A stretch of 64,000 nucleotides of DNA. Source: Minisyncoccia bacterium (GTDB lineage: Bacteria; Patescibacteriota; Minisyncoccia; UBA6257; 2-01-FULL-56-20). The stretch spans positions 148,881-212,880 of the forward strand of contig JBEKML010000002.1 in the NCBI GenBank assembly GCA_050008535.1, read 5' to 3'. Below the pieces are notes generated by a model. That model had not been told where the DNA came from and did not search any database. It saw only the letters and a program-made list of their open reading frames with translations. A program made the position numbers and the translations under genes. Positions 8,712-18,171 of the stretch are shown piece by piece (position 1 is the first letter of the stretch; every line of letters starts with the position of its first letter).

Positions 8712-9176
8712 ATGAAGCTGAACTACTTCGTGATTCCGCTCGTCGCGTTCCTCACGGCGTTCATCGGCGGCTTGATCACAAGCGGGGGGATGGCGTGGTA
8801 CAAGACAATAAGACTTCCCTCGTGGACGCCGCCCGGCGGCGTGATCGGCGCCGTCTGGACCGTGCTTTTTGTTTTGAGCGCCATCTCTGCGCTCATGGTT
8901 TGGAACGGAGCGCCGCATGATGCGCGCTTTTGGCTCATCATCGCCCTTTTCGTCTTGAACGCGTGCGCGAACGTTTTCTGGTCATATCTTTTCTTTGGTG
9001 CGCATTTTATGTACGCGGCATTCTGGGAAGCAATTTTTCTTGACCTCACCGTGCTCGGCCTTATTGCGCTCATCTGGCCTTTGTCGCTCACGGCGGCGCT
9101 TCTTCTCGTGCCATACGCCGTATGGGTGGCGTTCGCATCGTATCTTACGTACAGCGTTTGGCTACTGAATCATTAG
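8712..9176 (+). CDS. tspO: TspO/MBR tryptophan-rich sensory protein
   Basis: WYxxxxxPSWTPPG...VWTVL and PYAVWVAFA motifs; 5 TM helices. Confidence 0.9.
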   Translation: MKLNYFVIPLVAFLTAFIGGLITSGGMAWYKTIRLPSWTPPGGVIGAVWTVLFVLSAISALMVWNGAPHDARFWLIIALFVLNACANVFWSYLFFGAHFMYAAFWEAIFLDLTVLGLIALIWPLSLTAALLLVPYAVWVAFASYLTYSVWLLNH

Positions 9177-9179
9177 GGG

Positions 9180-9443
9180 ATGAGGATTTTCGTAAGGGCA
9201 AAACCGGGCGCAAAAAGGGAAAGCATTCAGAAACTGCAGGAACCGGACGGTCTTTTTCCTAAAGCCGGGGCCGGAGCCACCATGCCGCAGTTCGTGGTGG
9301 CGGTCAAAGAACGGCCCACGGACGGGAAAGCGAACCGCGCTATTGAAAAAGCCATTGCGGGATATTTTAAGGTGCCGCTCGCGCGGGTGCGGATCGTTTC
9401 CGGCCACGCTTCACGCGAGAAGGTGATTTGGGTTAAAATCTAA
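9180..9443 (+). CDS. DUF167 (YggU-like) protein
   Basis: VRAKPGAK...P.DGKAN.A...SGHASREK. Confidence 0.85.
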   Translation: MRIFVRAKPGAKRESIQKLQEPDGLFPKAGAGATMPQFVVAVKERPTDGKANRAIEKAIAGYFKVPLARVRIVSGHASREKVIWVKI

Positions 9444-9446
9444 ATA

Positions 9447-10544
9447 ATGGTCCGTTTTTTGAGCAAGGCAAAATCAACGTCGCTGCGCGGAACGGCGCTT
9501 TTGCGGCTTGATTTCAATACGAAAGACGACTGGCGGATGCGCGCGGTGCTTCCGACCATTACGCTTTTGTTGAAGAACTCTAGTAAGGTCGTGATCGTGA
9601 GCCACCGGGGCCGGCCGGCGGGATTTGACAAGAAATTGAGCTTGCGGAAAGATGCGGCGGACCTTTCGAGGCTCATTAGAAAGAAGGTGGTCTTCGTGCC
9701 GCATTTTCGTTTCGGGGAGATAAAAAGCATGGTGGCCGCCGCACCGCGCGGCGCGGTCTTCCTTTTGGAAAATCTGCGATTTTTGAAAGGCGAAGAAAAG
9801 AACGGTCCGGCGCTCGCGCGTTCGCTTGCGTCGCTCGCCGATTTTTACGTGAACGATGCCTTCGCGGTCTCACACCGGGCGAACGCATCAGTCGCCGCGG
9901 TCACGAAATTCCTGCCAGGCTACGCCGGGCTGGAATTGGAACGGGAGATCGCGTCGCTCTCGCGCGTCATGCAGCACCCGAAACACCCGCTCGTCGTCGT
10001 TCTCGGCGGGGCGAAGGCGGGAGACAAATTGGGCGTCATCAAATATTTCAAAAAGAAGACCGATTGGTTCCTGCTCGGCGGCGGTCCTGCGAACACGATT
10101 CTCTTCCTGAAAGGCGCCGACGTCAAAAAATCCGTGCGCGACCGCGATCCGCGCGATCTTAAGGCGCTCAAAAGCGTCGCGGGCTACAAAAATCTCGTGT
10201 TGCCGGATGATATTGTCTGGTGCGACAGCATGATCTGGGACATTGGCCCGAAGGCGATCAGGGTTTTCAAGAAAAAGATCGGGGAAGCGAGGACCATTTT
10301 ATGGAGCGGGCCGCTCGGCCTTATTGAGAAGAAAAAATATGCGCGCGGGAGCATTGCGGTCGCGCGCGCCGTCACACGGAACCGCCGGGCGTTCTCTGTG
10401 GCAGGCGGCGGCGAGACCGTGATGTTTCTCAAGAAATACAAGCTTGATAAAAAATTCAGCTTCATTTCCACCGGCGGGGGAGCGATGGTGGACTTTTTGG
10501 CGGGAAAGAAATTGCCGGGGATAGCGGCGCTCGAAAAAGCATGA
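9447..10544 (+). CDS. pgk: Phosphoglycerate kinase
   Basis: RLDFN, SHRGRP, LLENLRF, NDAFAVSHR and ISTGGGA motifs. Confidence 0.93.
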   Translation: MVRFLSKAKSTSLRGTALLRLDFNTKDDWRMRAVLPTITLLLKNSSKVVIVSHRGRPAGFDKKLSLRKDAADLSRLIRKKVVFVPHFRFGEIKSMVAAAPRGAVFLLENLRFLKGEEKNGPALARSLASLADFYVNDAFAVSHRANASVAAVTKFLPGYAGLELEREIASLSRVMQHPKHPLVVVLGGAKAGDKLGVIKYFKKKTDWFLLGGGPANTILFLKGADVKKSVRDRDPRDLKALKSVAGYKNLVLPDDIVWCDSMIWDIGPKAIRVFKKKIGEARTILWSGPLGLIEKKKYARGSIAVARAVTRNRRAFSVAGGGETVMFLKKYKLDKKFSFISTGGGAMVDFLAGKKLPGIAALEKA

Positions 10545-11488
10545 AGTACGATATTTATTTTCATAACGATTTCGACGGGCGGGCATCGGCGGCGGTGATG
10601 CTCGCTTTTTTGCGCAGCCGCGGGGACGATATCGCGCACTACGTTCCCGTGACCTACGGTTACGAAAAACCGTGGCTCAAGGAAGACCTGGCAAAGAAGA
10701 AAAATCCGGCCATCGTCGTTGATTTTCTCTACCATCCGAAGGCCGCCTGGTGGTTTGACCATCACCGCACGACCTTCCGGGAGGAAAAATGGAAACGCGC
10801 ATTCAAGCCGGACCGGTTCCATCGTTACGATTATTCTTACAGGTCCGCCTGCCACCTGGTCTATGATTCGCTCAAAAAAGATTTTGGATGGAAGCCGCCG
10901 CGGCATTTCAAAGAGCTCGTGCGCTGGCTGGATGTTGTGGATAGCGCCCGCTACCGTTCGGCGCGGGAAACGATCGAGATGAAGCATCCTGCGCTTGAGA
11001 TAAATGCGTTCATTGAAACACTGGAGCGTACCACGAACGAGGAGAATCGCTTTCTTATCGGATTGCTTGCGAAATATCCGCTTGCCCGCGTCGTCGCGGC
11101 GCCCCGCGTTGCCCGCGCGGTCCGTGCGTTGCACAAGAAAGTCGCCCGGAGCATGGCGTTTCTCAAAAAGAACCTTTTGGTTTTCAAACGGACGACCTTC
11201 GTTGACGTGACAAAAGACCCGCTGGATGGATTGTTGCGTTATGCACCGTACTATCTCTATCCAAAGAGCATCTACAACATACGGTTGAGGCCAAAAGGAA
11301 AAGGGGTGTGGTACCTCGGTGTCGGCGCGAGCCCGTGGCGGCGCTCGGCGAATAAATTGGAATTAGGGAAGCTTATGCGCCGTCGTTATGGCGGCGGGGG
11401 ACACAAAGCCATTGGTGCGACTGAATTTTTGACGAGGGCGGACGCAATGAAAGCGTTTAAAAAAATAAACGAGCTTCTCAATCGTTAA
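10541..11488 (+). CDS. DHH-family phosphoesterase
   Basis: HNDFDG, FDHH and GGGHKAIG motifs. Confidence 0.8.
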   Translation: MKYDIYFHNDFDGRASAAVMLAFLRSRGDDIAHYVPVTYGYEKPWLKEDLAKKKNPAIVVDFLYHPKAAWWFDHHRTTFREEKWKRAFKPDRFHRYDYSYRSACHLVYDSLKKDFGWKPPRHFKELVRWLDVVDSARYRSARETIEMKHPALEINAFIETLERTTNEENRFLIGLLAKYPLARVVAAPRVARAVRALHKKVARSMAFLKKNLLVFKRTTFVDVTKDPLDGLLRYAPYYLYPKSIYNIRLRPKGKGVWYLGVGASPWRRSANKLELGKLMRRRYGGGGHKAIGATEFLTRADAMKAFKKINELLNR

Positions 11489-12106
11489 ATGGCGACGAAG
11501 AAAAAATATTACGCGTATTTCGTGCCGGGCGAGAATCGCGCGGGGATCACCGACGACTGGGGCGAATGCGAAAAGATCGTTTCGGGGAAGGTGGGTGCGC
11601 GGTACAAAGCGTTTGAAACAAGGGAAGACGCGGAGCGGTGGCTCGCGCGCGGCGCGGTCTATGAGGCAAAAGCGCCGCCGCCGCGATTGGCGCGCGGGAT
11701 CTATTTTGACGCGGGGACGGGCAGGGGTCTTGGCGTGGAGATCAGCGTGACCGACGAGAAAGGGAAAAATCTGCTCCATAGGGCGCTTTCGACGCGCGAG
11801 CTGAATCGTTTCGGAAAGCATCTTTTGAAAAACGCCGCGGCGACCAACAACTACGGCGAGCTGCTTGCTTTGAAATATGCTCTGAAGATCGCGCGAAAAG
11901 AAAAAGTAAAAAAGATCTTCGGCGACAGCCGGCTTGTGATAGATTATTGGTCGCAGTGGCACGTGAAACGGAAAGAACTGCCGCGCGCGACCGTGGCGCT
12001 CGCGGACGAAGTGGCGGAATTGCGGGAAGCGTTTGAGAAAAAAGGCGGCACCGTGGCGCGCATTGCGGGCGCGCACAATCCGGCGGACCTTGGGTTCCAT
12101 CGGTGA
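11489..12106 (+). CDS. rnhA: Ribonuclease HI with N-terminal hybrid-binding (viroplasmin) domain
   Basis: KKYYA...W.EC...V.G..A.YK.F N-domain; FDAG, TNNYGEL, GDS and HNPAD motifs. Confidence 0.8.
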   Translation: MATKKKYYAYFVPGENRAGITDDWGECEKIVSGKVGARYKAFETREDAERWLARGAVYEAKAPPPRLARGIYFDAGTGRGLGVEISVTDEKGKNLLHRALSTRELNRFGKHLLKNAAATNNYGELLALKYALKIARKEKVKKIFGDSRLVIDYWSQWHVKRKELPRATVALADEVAELREAFEKKGGTVARIAGAHNPADLGFHR

Positions 12107-12137
12107 GCAGGGGAAGCCAAAAGGTATAATTCAATAA

Positions 12138-13889
12138 ATGGATGCCGAAAGCCGCAACTGCGCAAAATGTAAAAGCCAGTTTGTTGTTGAGCCGGAGGAT
12201 TTTGATTTTTACGCGAAGATAAGCGTTCCGCCGCCCACGTGGTGCCCGGAGTGCCGCAATCAAAGGAGGATGGCGTGGCGCGAGGAACGCGTGCTCTACC
12301 GCGGGACCTGCGCGTTGTGCGGAAAAGCGGTGGTTACCATGCACGCGCCCGGCGGTCCCTTCACGATCTATTGCCGGGAGTGTTACAAATCCGACAAGTG
12401 GGACTCGACGAGCTACGGGCGCGACTACGATTTCAAGAAACCGTTCTTTACGCAATACCGCGAACTTATGGAAGCCGTCCCGCGGCCGGCGCTCACGGGC
12501 AATAATTTGGTCAATAGCGATTTCACGCACGGATGCGAAAGCGTAAAAAATTGTTACTACCTTTTCTGGAGCTATTTTTCGGAAAACGCGGGGAACTGCT
12601 ACGGACTGCTTCTTTCCAAAAACGCCTACGATTGCTACGTGGTGGACAATTCCGACCATGTGTACGAGTCGTTGCATTCCAACCGTATGTACAAGATCAG
12701 GTTCGGCTATTTTTCCGACGAGTGCCTCGATTCATCGTTCCTTTACAATTGCCTCGGGTGCTCTGATTGTTTTGGGTGCATCAACCTAAGGAAACAAAAA
12801 TACTGCCTTTTCAACGAAAAATTGTCCAAAGAAGAATACTCCGCGAGGATCAAGGAGTGGGACTTGGGAAGTTATAAAAAACTGCAGGAGGCGAAGGAGA
12901 AATTCCGGGCTTTGTATATGTCCGTCCCGCACCGCTTCGCCCATGTCGTAAGCAGCCAAAACGTCACGGGGGATATCATACGGGACACGAAAGATTGCAA
13001 AATATGTTTTTGCGCATTGGATGGCGTGCAAAACTGCAAGTATCTGTACGCCGGCGGCCTCAATCTCAAAGACAGCATGGATGTAAGCGCCGGCGGCGAT
13101 ACGGCGGAGTTGCTTTATGAAGTGCACGGGGTGACCGGGCATGCATCGCGGTGTTTTTTCTCGGTGGGAGGAGGGAACAGCAGGGATACCTGGTATTCCG
13201 ATTGGGCGGATAATTCATCGGATGTATTCGGCTGCGTTTCTTTAAGGAACAAGCAGTATTGCATCTTGAACAAACAATATTCCCGCGAGGAGTATGAAAA
13301 ACTTGTCCCAAAGATCAAACAGCACATGGACGCCATGCCGTTCGTGGACAAGAAGGGGCGCGCGTACAAATTCGGGGAATTTTTCCCGACGGAACTTTCC
13401 GCGTATGCCTATAACGAAACATTCGCCTTTACCTGGTATCCAAAGGTGTTAACGAAGGACGAGGTGCTTGCCGAAGGTTGGCGGTGGCAGGACCCGTCGA
13501 CACGCTCTTACGAGGTCACCATGAAGGCGGAAGGTCTTCCCGACCATATTCGTGACGCAAGCGATTCAATTTCAAAAGAGACCATCGGCTGCCTGCACGC
13601 CGGAGCGTGCAATGAACTATGCACGACCGCGTTCCGCATTTCGCCCGAGGAGCTCGCTTTCTATCGAAAGATGAATGTTGCCCTGCCGCGGTTGTGCCCA
13701 AATTGCCGGCACGTGCAACGATTGAAATGGCGGAATATTTTCCATTTGTGGCATCGGCGTTGCATGTGCATCCATGCAGGTCATTCCCATGCCGGGCAAC
13801 CGTGCCCAAATACTTTTGAGACCACTTTCTCGCCGGAAAAACCGGAGGTTGTTTATTGCGACCAGTGTTACAAAGCCGAATTCCTATGA
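12138..13889 (+). CDS. CPR Cys-rich repeat / zinc-ribbon-like protein (paralog 2)
   Basis: CAKC...VPPPTWCPECR N terminus, Cys-periodic middle, C-terminal VYCDQCY. Confidence 0.85.
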   Translation: MDAESRNCAKCKSQFVVEPEDFDFYAKISVPPPTWCPECRNQRRMAWREERVLYRGTCALCGKAVVTMHAPGGPFTIYCRECYKSDKWDSTSYGRDYDFKKPFFTQYRELMEAVPRPALTGNNLVNSDFTHGCESVKNCYYLFWSYFSENAGNCYGLLLSKNAYDCYVVDNSDHVYESLHSNRMYKIRFGYFSDECLDSSFLYNCLGCSDCFGCINLRKQKYCLFNEKLSKEEYSARIKEWDLGSYKKLQEAKEKFRALYMSVPHRFAHVVSSQNVTGDIIRDTKDCKICFCALDGVQNCKYLYAGGLNLKDSMDVSAGGDTAELLYEVHGVTGHASRCFFSVGGGNSRDTWYSDWADNSSDVFGCVSLRNKQYCILNKQYSREEYEKLVPKIKQHMDAMPFVDKKGRAYKFGEFFPTELSAYAYNETFAFTWYPKVLTKDEVLAEGWRWQDPSTRSYEVTMKAEGLPDHIRDASDSISKETIGCLHAGACNELCTTAFRISPEELAFYRKMNVALPRLCPNCRHVQRLKWRNIFHLWHRRCMCIHAGHSHAGQPCPNTFETTFSPEKPEVVYCDQCYKAEFL

Positions 13890-13996
13890 ACTTCTGGAAG
13901 CTTAAAAGATACAAATACATGCTCAAGACGCTGTGGCAGAGCTTTTGGTTTAAAGTAAAAATATTTGTGCGGAAATTTCACCATACGACGATTTGA
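13886..13996 (+). CDS. Possible 36-aa cationic aromatic peptide
   Basis: ATGA overlap with the upstream stop; MNFWKLKRYKYMLKTLWQSFWFKVKIFVRKFHHTTI. Confidence 0.35.
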   Translation: MNFWKLKRYKYMLKTLWQSFWFKVKIFVRKFHHTTI

Positions 13997-14089
13997 CTTA
14001 ATCATCGCTTTTCTCTATAACGTAGTCAGCAATCCAGAGGGAAAATAAGCCCTAATATCAACCAGACAGGCAGGGAGGAGAAACGTCCT

Positions 14090-14887
14090 ATGCTGCTTCT
14101 ACAAGAAGCCCAGGTCCATACGGGGATGATCGTCGCCTTGGCTCTCGCCGGCAATACCGAGCCCGAGGTCGACGAACATGGTCCGTTACTACTCATAGCG
14201 CTCATGGGCGGCGTCGCCCCAATGCGCAAACGATTGTACGCCCTCAAGGGTCGTCCGCCTCTGTTTCAGAAAACGCCTGAGGGCTGGGTGGCGCAGCCCC
14301 TCACCGACGAACCGCTCCACCCCGATGTCACGGACGGCATGGAAGGCTTCGCCGAGCAGGTCCGCTTCATGCCGATCTACACCTTTACGCCGACCAACGC
14401 GCCGCACAACATGGAGTTCGTGGTCTACGTGAACGGTGAGCGGCTGAAGTACCCGAGTGGCCAGCGCTATGTCTACGTCCGCACCACCGTGGACGGCAAG
14501 ATCTTGTCGCACAACGGCTATGAGTACGATTTCTGGGAACAGGAATATGCGTTGCCGGAAAACGCCGTGCTTGTCCCCATCGGCAGGATTGAGATCACCG
14601 AAACCCCGCACGACCCGGCCATCATCTATCACGGGCCCGTGGTCGAGTGGGTGGGCGTCATGGCTCTGCTTTCCGAGCTCGCTGTGCGCGTCGGCCTGCG
14701 GATAACGGATGTGCATCACGACCACCACGTCGGCGACTTCCTGCACATCGGCCTCACGGGCGGAACCGAAGAAGACCGCCGCGAGTTTGCGGAACACGTC
14801 GTGAAGGACATCAGCCTGGCGAAGGGGTCGTTCGCCACCCACTGCCCGCACTGTTGGAAGACTATCGCGCGCGAACACAGTCTGTAG
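14090..14887 (+). CDS. Hypothetical protein with C-terminal CxxC
   Basis: Own promoter TTGACT-17-TATAAC, SD AGGGAGGAG and downstream hairpins. Confidence 0.7.
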   Translation: MLLLQEAQVHTGMIVALALAGNTEPEVDEHGPLLLIALMGGVAPMRKRLYALKGRPPLFQKTPEGWVAQPLTDEPLHPDVTDGMEGFAEQVRFMPIYTFTPTNAPHNMEFVVYVNGERLKYPSGQRYVYVRTTVDGKILSHNGYEYDFWEQEYALPENAVLVPIGRIEITETPHDPAIIYHGPVVEWVGVMALLSELAVRVGLRITDVHHDHHVGDFLHIGLTGGTEEDRREFAEHVVKDISLAKGSFATHCPHCWKTIAREHSL

Positions 14888-15022
14888 CTGTTCGCGCAAA
14901 ATCCCGGCGACGAGCCGGTGGAGAAGTGGCAGCACTTCTCCCTCTACCTGAATTCAGAAATTTGCTCCGGATTCAGGTAGGGTAAAAGTTTCATTTTTCC
15001 ATAATATGTGGTATAATGCTCA

Positions 15023-15418
15023 AGCTGGCAATCCAGACGGTCGCTCGGTCGCGTTGCGCAAGCAATGCCGGCCGGGAGGAAAGTCCGGACACCCACTCGT
15101 TTGCCTTCGGGCAAGCGGTTAAACAAGTAGCGGCTAACAGCCGCACGGCGCAAGCCGAGAGGTGCGATCAGTGACGCCCGCGTTTGAAAAGGCGCGGGGA
15201 GCCCGATCCCAAGCTAGACGGCTCAACTCCGTGATAGGGATAAAAAAACGGAGGTGAAACGGCAAAATCCTTACTGGGTGCAAGGCCGTGCCCCGGCGCA
15301 AGCCGGGGAGTGCCGCGCGAGCCCGCGAGCAATCAAGGGCCCAGATAAATGACCGTCCCTCGTCGCGTTCCGCAAGGAGCGCGGCGGGCGACAGAATCCG
15401 GCTTACGGATTGCCAACT
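15023..15418 (+). ncRNA. rnpB: RNase P RNA
   Basis: GAGGAAAGTCCGG, GTGAAACGG, GTGCAAGGCC, AGATAAATGA and ACAGAATCCGGCTTA conserved segments; P1 GGCAATCC/GGATTGCC; TGTGGTATAAT promoter. Confidence 0.93.
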
Positions 15419-15449
15419 GAAGACCCCGCGCAAGCGGGGTCTTCTATTT
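15419..15449 (+). terminator. Intrinsic terminator after rnpB
   Basis: GAAGACCCCGC GCAA GCGGGGTCTTC followed by TATTT. Confidence 0.7.
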
Positions 15450-15464
15450 GTTAGAATAAAACCA

Positions 15465-17909
15465 ATGGACGATCTTTCTCAAACCAAGAAGGGGCTCACG
15501 CAGGCGGAGGCGGCGCGGCGCCTGAAGATCTACGGTCCGAACGAGCTCGCGGCGAAGAAAAAACTGCGGCCTCTTTTGATTTTCTTTTCAAAGTTCAAAA
15601 ATCCTCTCCTTGTTTTATTGATCGTCGCCGCGCTCGTCTCGGGCGCGCTCGGTTCCCGTTTTGAGGCGGGCGTGATCCTTGTGATCGTGCTTGCGAGCGC
15701 GCTTATTGATTTCGTGAATACCTATAAATCCGCGAAGGCGGCGGAAGAATTGCAGGAAAAAGTGAATATCACGGCGGCGGTGTTCCGCAACGGGGAATTG
15801 AAAGAGCGGAATATCCGCGAGGTGGTGCCGGGCGACGTATTCGCGCTTGAGGCGGGCGACCTCGTCCCGGCGGACGGAACTCTGCTTGAGGCCAAAGATT
15901 TTTTCGTGAACGAAAGCGTGCTTACGGGGGAATCGCTGCCGGTGGAAAAAGAACTTGTGACGCCGCCGAAGGCAACAATGCTCTTCTTGGGCACGAGCGT
16001 GGTATCGGGCAAAGGCCTTGCGGTTGCGACGGCCACAGGGTCCAAAACGAAGATGGGGAGCATCGCGGACAAGCTGAAGCAGCCCGAGGTCCCGACGGAA
16101 TTTGAAAAAAACCTGAAGGATTTCAGTTTGTTCATTTTCCGCACCACCCTTTTCCTCGTGCTTGCCGTGATCCTTTTGAACATCTTCGTGATCAAACAGG
16201 ACATGCTCCAGATTTTCCTTTTCGCGGTCGCGATCGCCGTAGGGCTGACGCCGGAACTGCTGCCCTTGATCGTCACGAGCAATCTTGCGAAAGGCGCGAT
16301 CAGGATGTCCGAGAACGGCGTCATCGTGAAAAAACTTGCCGCACTGCATAATTTCGGGAGCATTGATGTCTTGTGCACCGACAAGACCGGCACGCTTACG
16401 GAAGACCGCATCACGCTTATCAAGTGCGTGGACGGCTCCGGGCGCGAAAGCGAGGAAGTGTTCTTCTGGGGCTATTTGAGCAGCAGGCATCTTACCGGCG
16501 TCCGCGGCGTGCTGGACCATGCAATTGAAGCGTACAAGCGTGCGGACGTAAGCGGCTGGGAAAAAGTTGACGAAGTGCCTTTTGATGCCCTGCGGCGGCT
16601 GGAATCGGTGGTGATGAAGAAGGGCGAAGAGGTGGTGCTCATTGCGAAAGGCGCGCCGGAAAACATCATAAAAAATTCCGAAGGGCTCACCGGGGCGGCC
16701 AAGGAAAAGATCATGAAAGAATATGAGACGCTTTCAAGCGACGGTTTCCGCGTGTTGGGACTTGGCACCAAGAAAGTTCCTTTGAAAAAAATCTCTTACA
16801 GCAAGGCGGACGAACAGCAGCTCTCCTTTGTGGGTTTTTTGGCGTTCCTTGATCCGCCGAAGCGGACCGTGAAAGATACCTTGAAAAAAATGGCCGAGCA
16901 TAATGTGGCGATCAAAGTTATCACTGGAGATAATTTCCTTGTGACAAAAAAGATCGCCGAGGAGATCGGGCTTCCGATCACAGGCGCGCTCACGGGAGAC
17001 GAACTTCTCGCGATGGATGAACATGGGCTCCGGGCGAAGGTGGAGTCGGCGAACGTTTTCACGCGCGTTACGCCGGAGCAGAAAGAGTCCATCATCCGGG
17101 CGCTCCGCGCAAACGGGCACGTGGTGGCCTACATGGGCGACGGCGTGAACGACGTGCTTTCCCTCAGGGAGGCGGATGTGGGTATCTCGGTCCAGAACGC
17201 GGTGGACATCGCAAAAGGAACGGCGGACATCATTTTGATGAAAAAAGGACTTCACGAAATAATTGAGGGCGTAGTGGAAGGGCGGCGCACCTTCGCGAAC
17301 ACATTCAAATATTTGATGATGGCGCTCTCGTCCAACTTCGGCAACATGTTCAGCATGCCCGTCGCGTCCATCTTCCTGCCGTTCCTGCCGATGACGGCGC
17401 CCCAGATCCTTTTGAACAACCTTCTCTACGATTCCTCGCAGCTTGCGATCCCGTTCGATAATGTGGAAAAAGAATTCCTTGTACGTCCGAAAAAGTTCGA
17501 TATCCGCTTCATGAAACGCTTTATGATGATCTTCGGGCCGTTAAGCTCGTGCTTTGACTTCATCACCTTCGGCACGTTGTTTCTCGCGTTTCACATGGCG
17601 GGAGGGGCGTTCCAGACGGGATGGTTCCTGGAATCCATCGCCACGCAAACGTTCGTCGTGGGCATCATCCGCAATCGCGGCAGTTTTTGGAAGACAAAGC
17701 CGAGCTGGGAACTCGCTTTGAGCACTGTCCTCGCGGTCGCCGCGGCATGGATCATTCCGTATTCCTTGCTCGGCGCTCCGCTCGGCTTTGTAAAATTCGG
17801 CTGGTTGCCGCTCGTCGTCATCGCATGCATCGTTGCGGTATATCTTGCAGCCGTGGAATTTGCAAAAAAATATTTCTACCGGGCATACGGGGGACTGATT
17901 GAGAAATAA
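15465..17909 (+). CDS. mgtA: Magnesium-translocating P-type ATPase
   Basis: LTGES, GLTPELLP, DKTGTLT, GDGVND, SSNFGN and LLNNLLYD motifs; TAGAAT just upstream of ATG 15465. Confidence 0.9.
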   Translation: MDDLSQTKKGLTQAEAARRLKIYGPNELAAKKKLRPLLIFFSKFKNPLLVLLIVAALVSGALGSRFEAGVILVIVLASALIDFVNTYKSAKAAEELQEKVNITAAVFRNGELKERNIREVVPGDVFALEAGDLVPADGTLLEAKDFFVNESVLTGESLPVEKELVTPPKATMLFLGTSVVSGKGLAVATATGSKTKMGSIADKLKQPEVPTEFEKNLKDFSLFIFRTTLFLVLAVILLNIFVIKQDMLQIFLFAVAIAVGLTPELLPLIVTSNLAKGAIRMSENGVIVKKLAALHNFGSIDVLCTDKTGTLTEDRITLIKCVDGSGRESEEVFFWGYLSSRHLTGVRGVLDHAIEAYKRADVSGWEKVDEVPFDALRRLESVVMKKGEEVVLIAKGAPENIIKNSEGLTGAAKEKIMKEYETLSSDGFRVLGLGTKKVPLKKISYSKADEQQLSFVGFLAFLDPPKRTVKDTLKKMAEHNVAIKVITGDNFLVTKKIAEEIGLPITGALTGDELLAMDEHGLRAKVESANVFTRVTPEQKESIIRALRANGHVVAYMGDGVNDVLSLREADVGISVQNAVDIAKGTADIILMKKGLHEIIEGVVEGRRTFANTFKYLMMALSSNFGNMFSMPVASIFLPFLPMTAPQILLNNLLYDSSQLAIPFDNVEKEFLVRPKKFDIRFMKRFMMIFGPLSSCFDFITFGTLFLAFHMAGGAFQTGWFLESIATQTFVVGIIRNRGSFWKTKPSWELALSTVLAVAAAWIIPYSLLGAPLGFVKFGWLPLVVIACIVAVYLAAVEFAKKYFYRAYGGLIEK

Positions 17910-17957
17910 GGGCATTTATGTTCCAATGAATACAAAGGTCGCAACAAACTATTTACC

Positions 17958-18158
17958 ATGAAGAAACTTATTGTATTGTCGGCGGTTGCGATGTTCGTTG
18001 TGATGGCATTCGCCTTCAATTGGGCGAAGGCGGTTCCCGTTGGCTCTCCGCGGTGCGCCGCTGGAACGTCATATGTTCAACTGTATGTCAGTAGCACCCT
18101 TTCCGGCGTGTGGTGCGCCACGCCTTTCCAGATAGCAACAGCAAAAGCCAACCTCTAG
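17958..18158 (+). CDS. Small secreted protein with two Cys
   Basis: Signal peptide MKKLIVLSAVAMFVV...AKA. Confidence 0.5.
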   Translation: MKKLIVLSAVAMFVVMAFAFNWAKAVPVGSPRCAAGTSYVQLYVSSTLSGVWCATPFQIATAKANL

Positions 18159-18171
18159 AATTCAAGATAAA

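Noticed and set aside
15288-15464. N-terminal extension of MgtA in the ORF track
   Set aside because: It overlaps rnpB and its terminator; ATG 15465 follows a -10 element.
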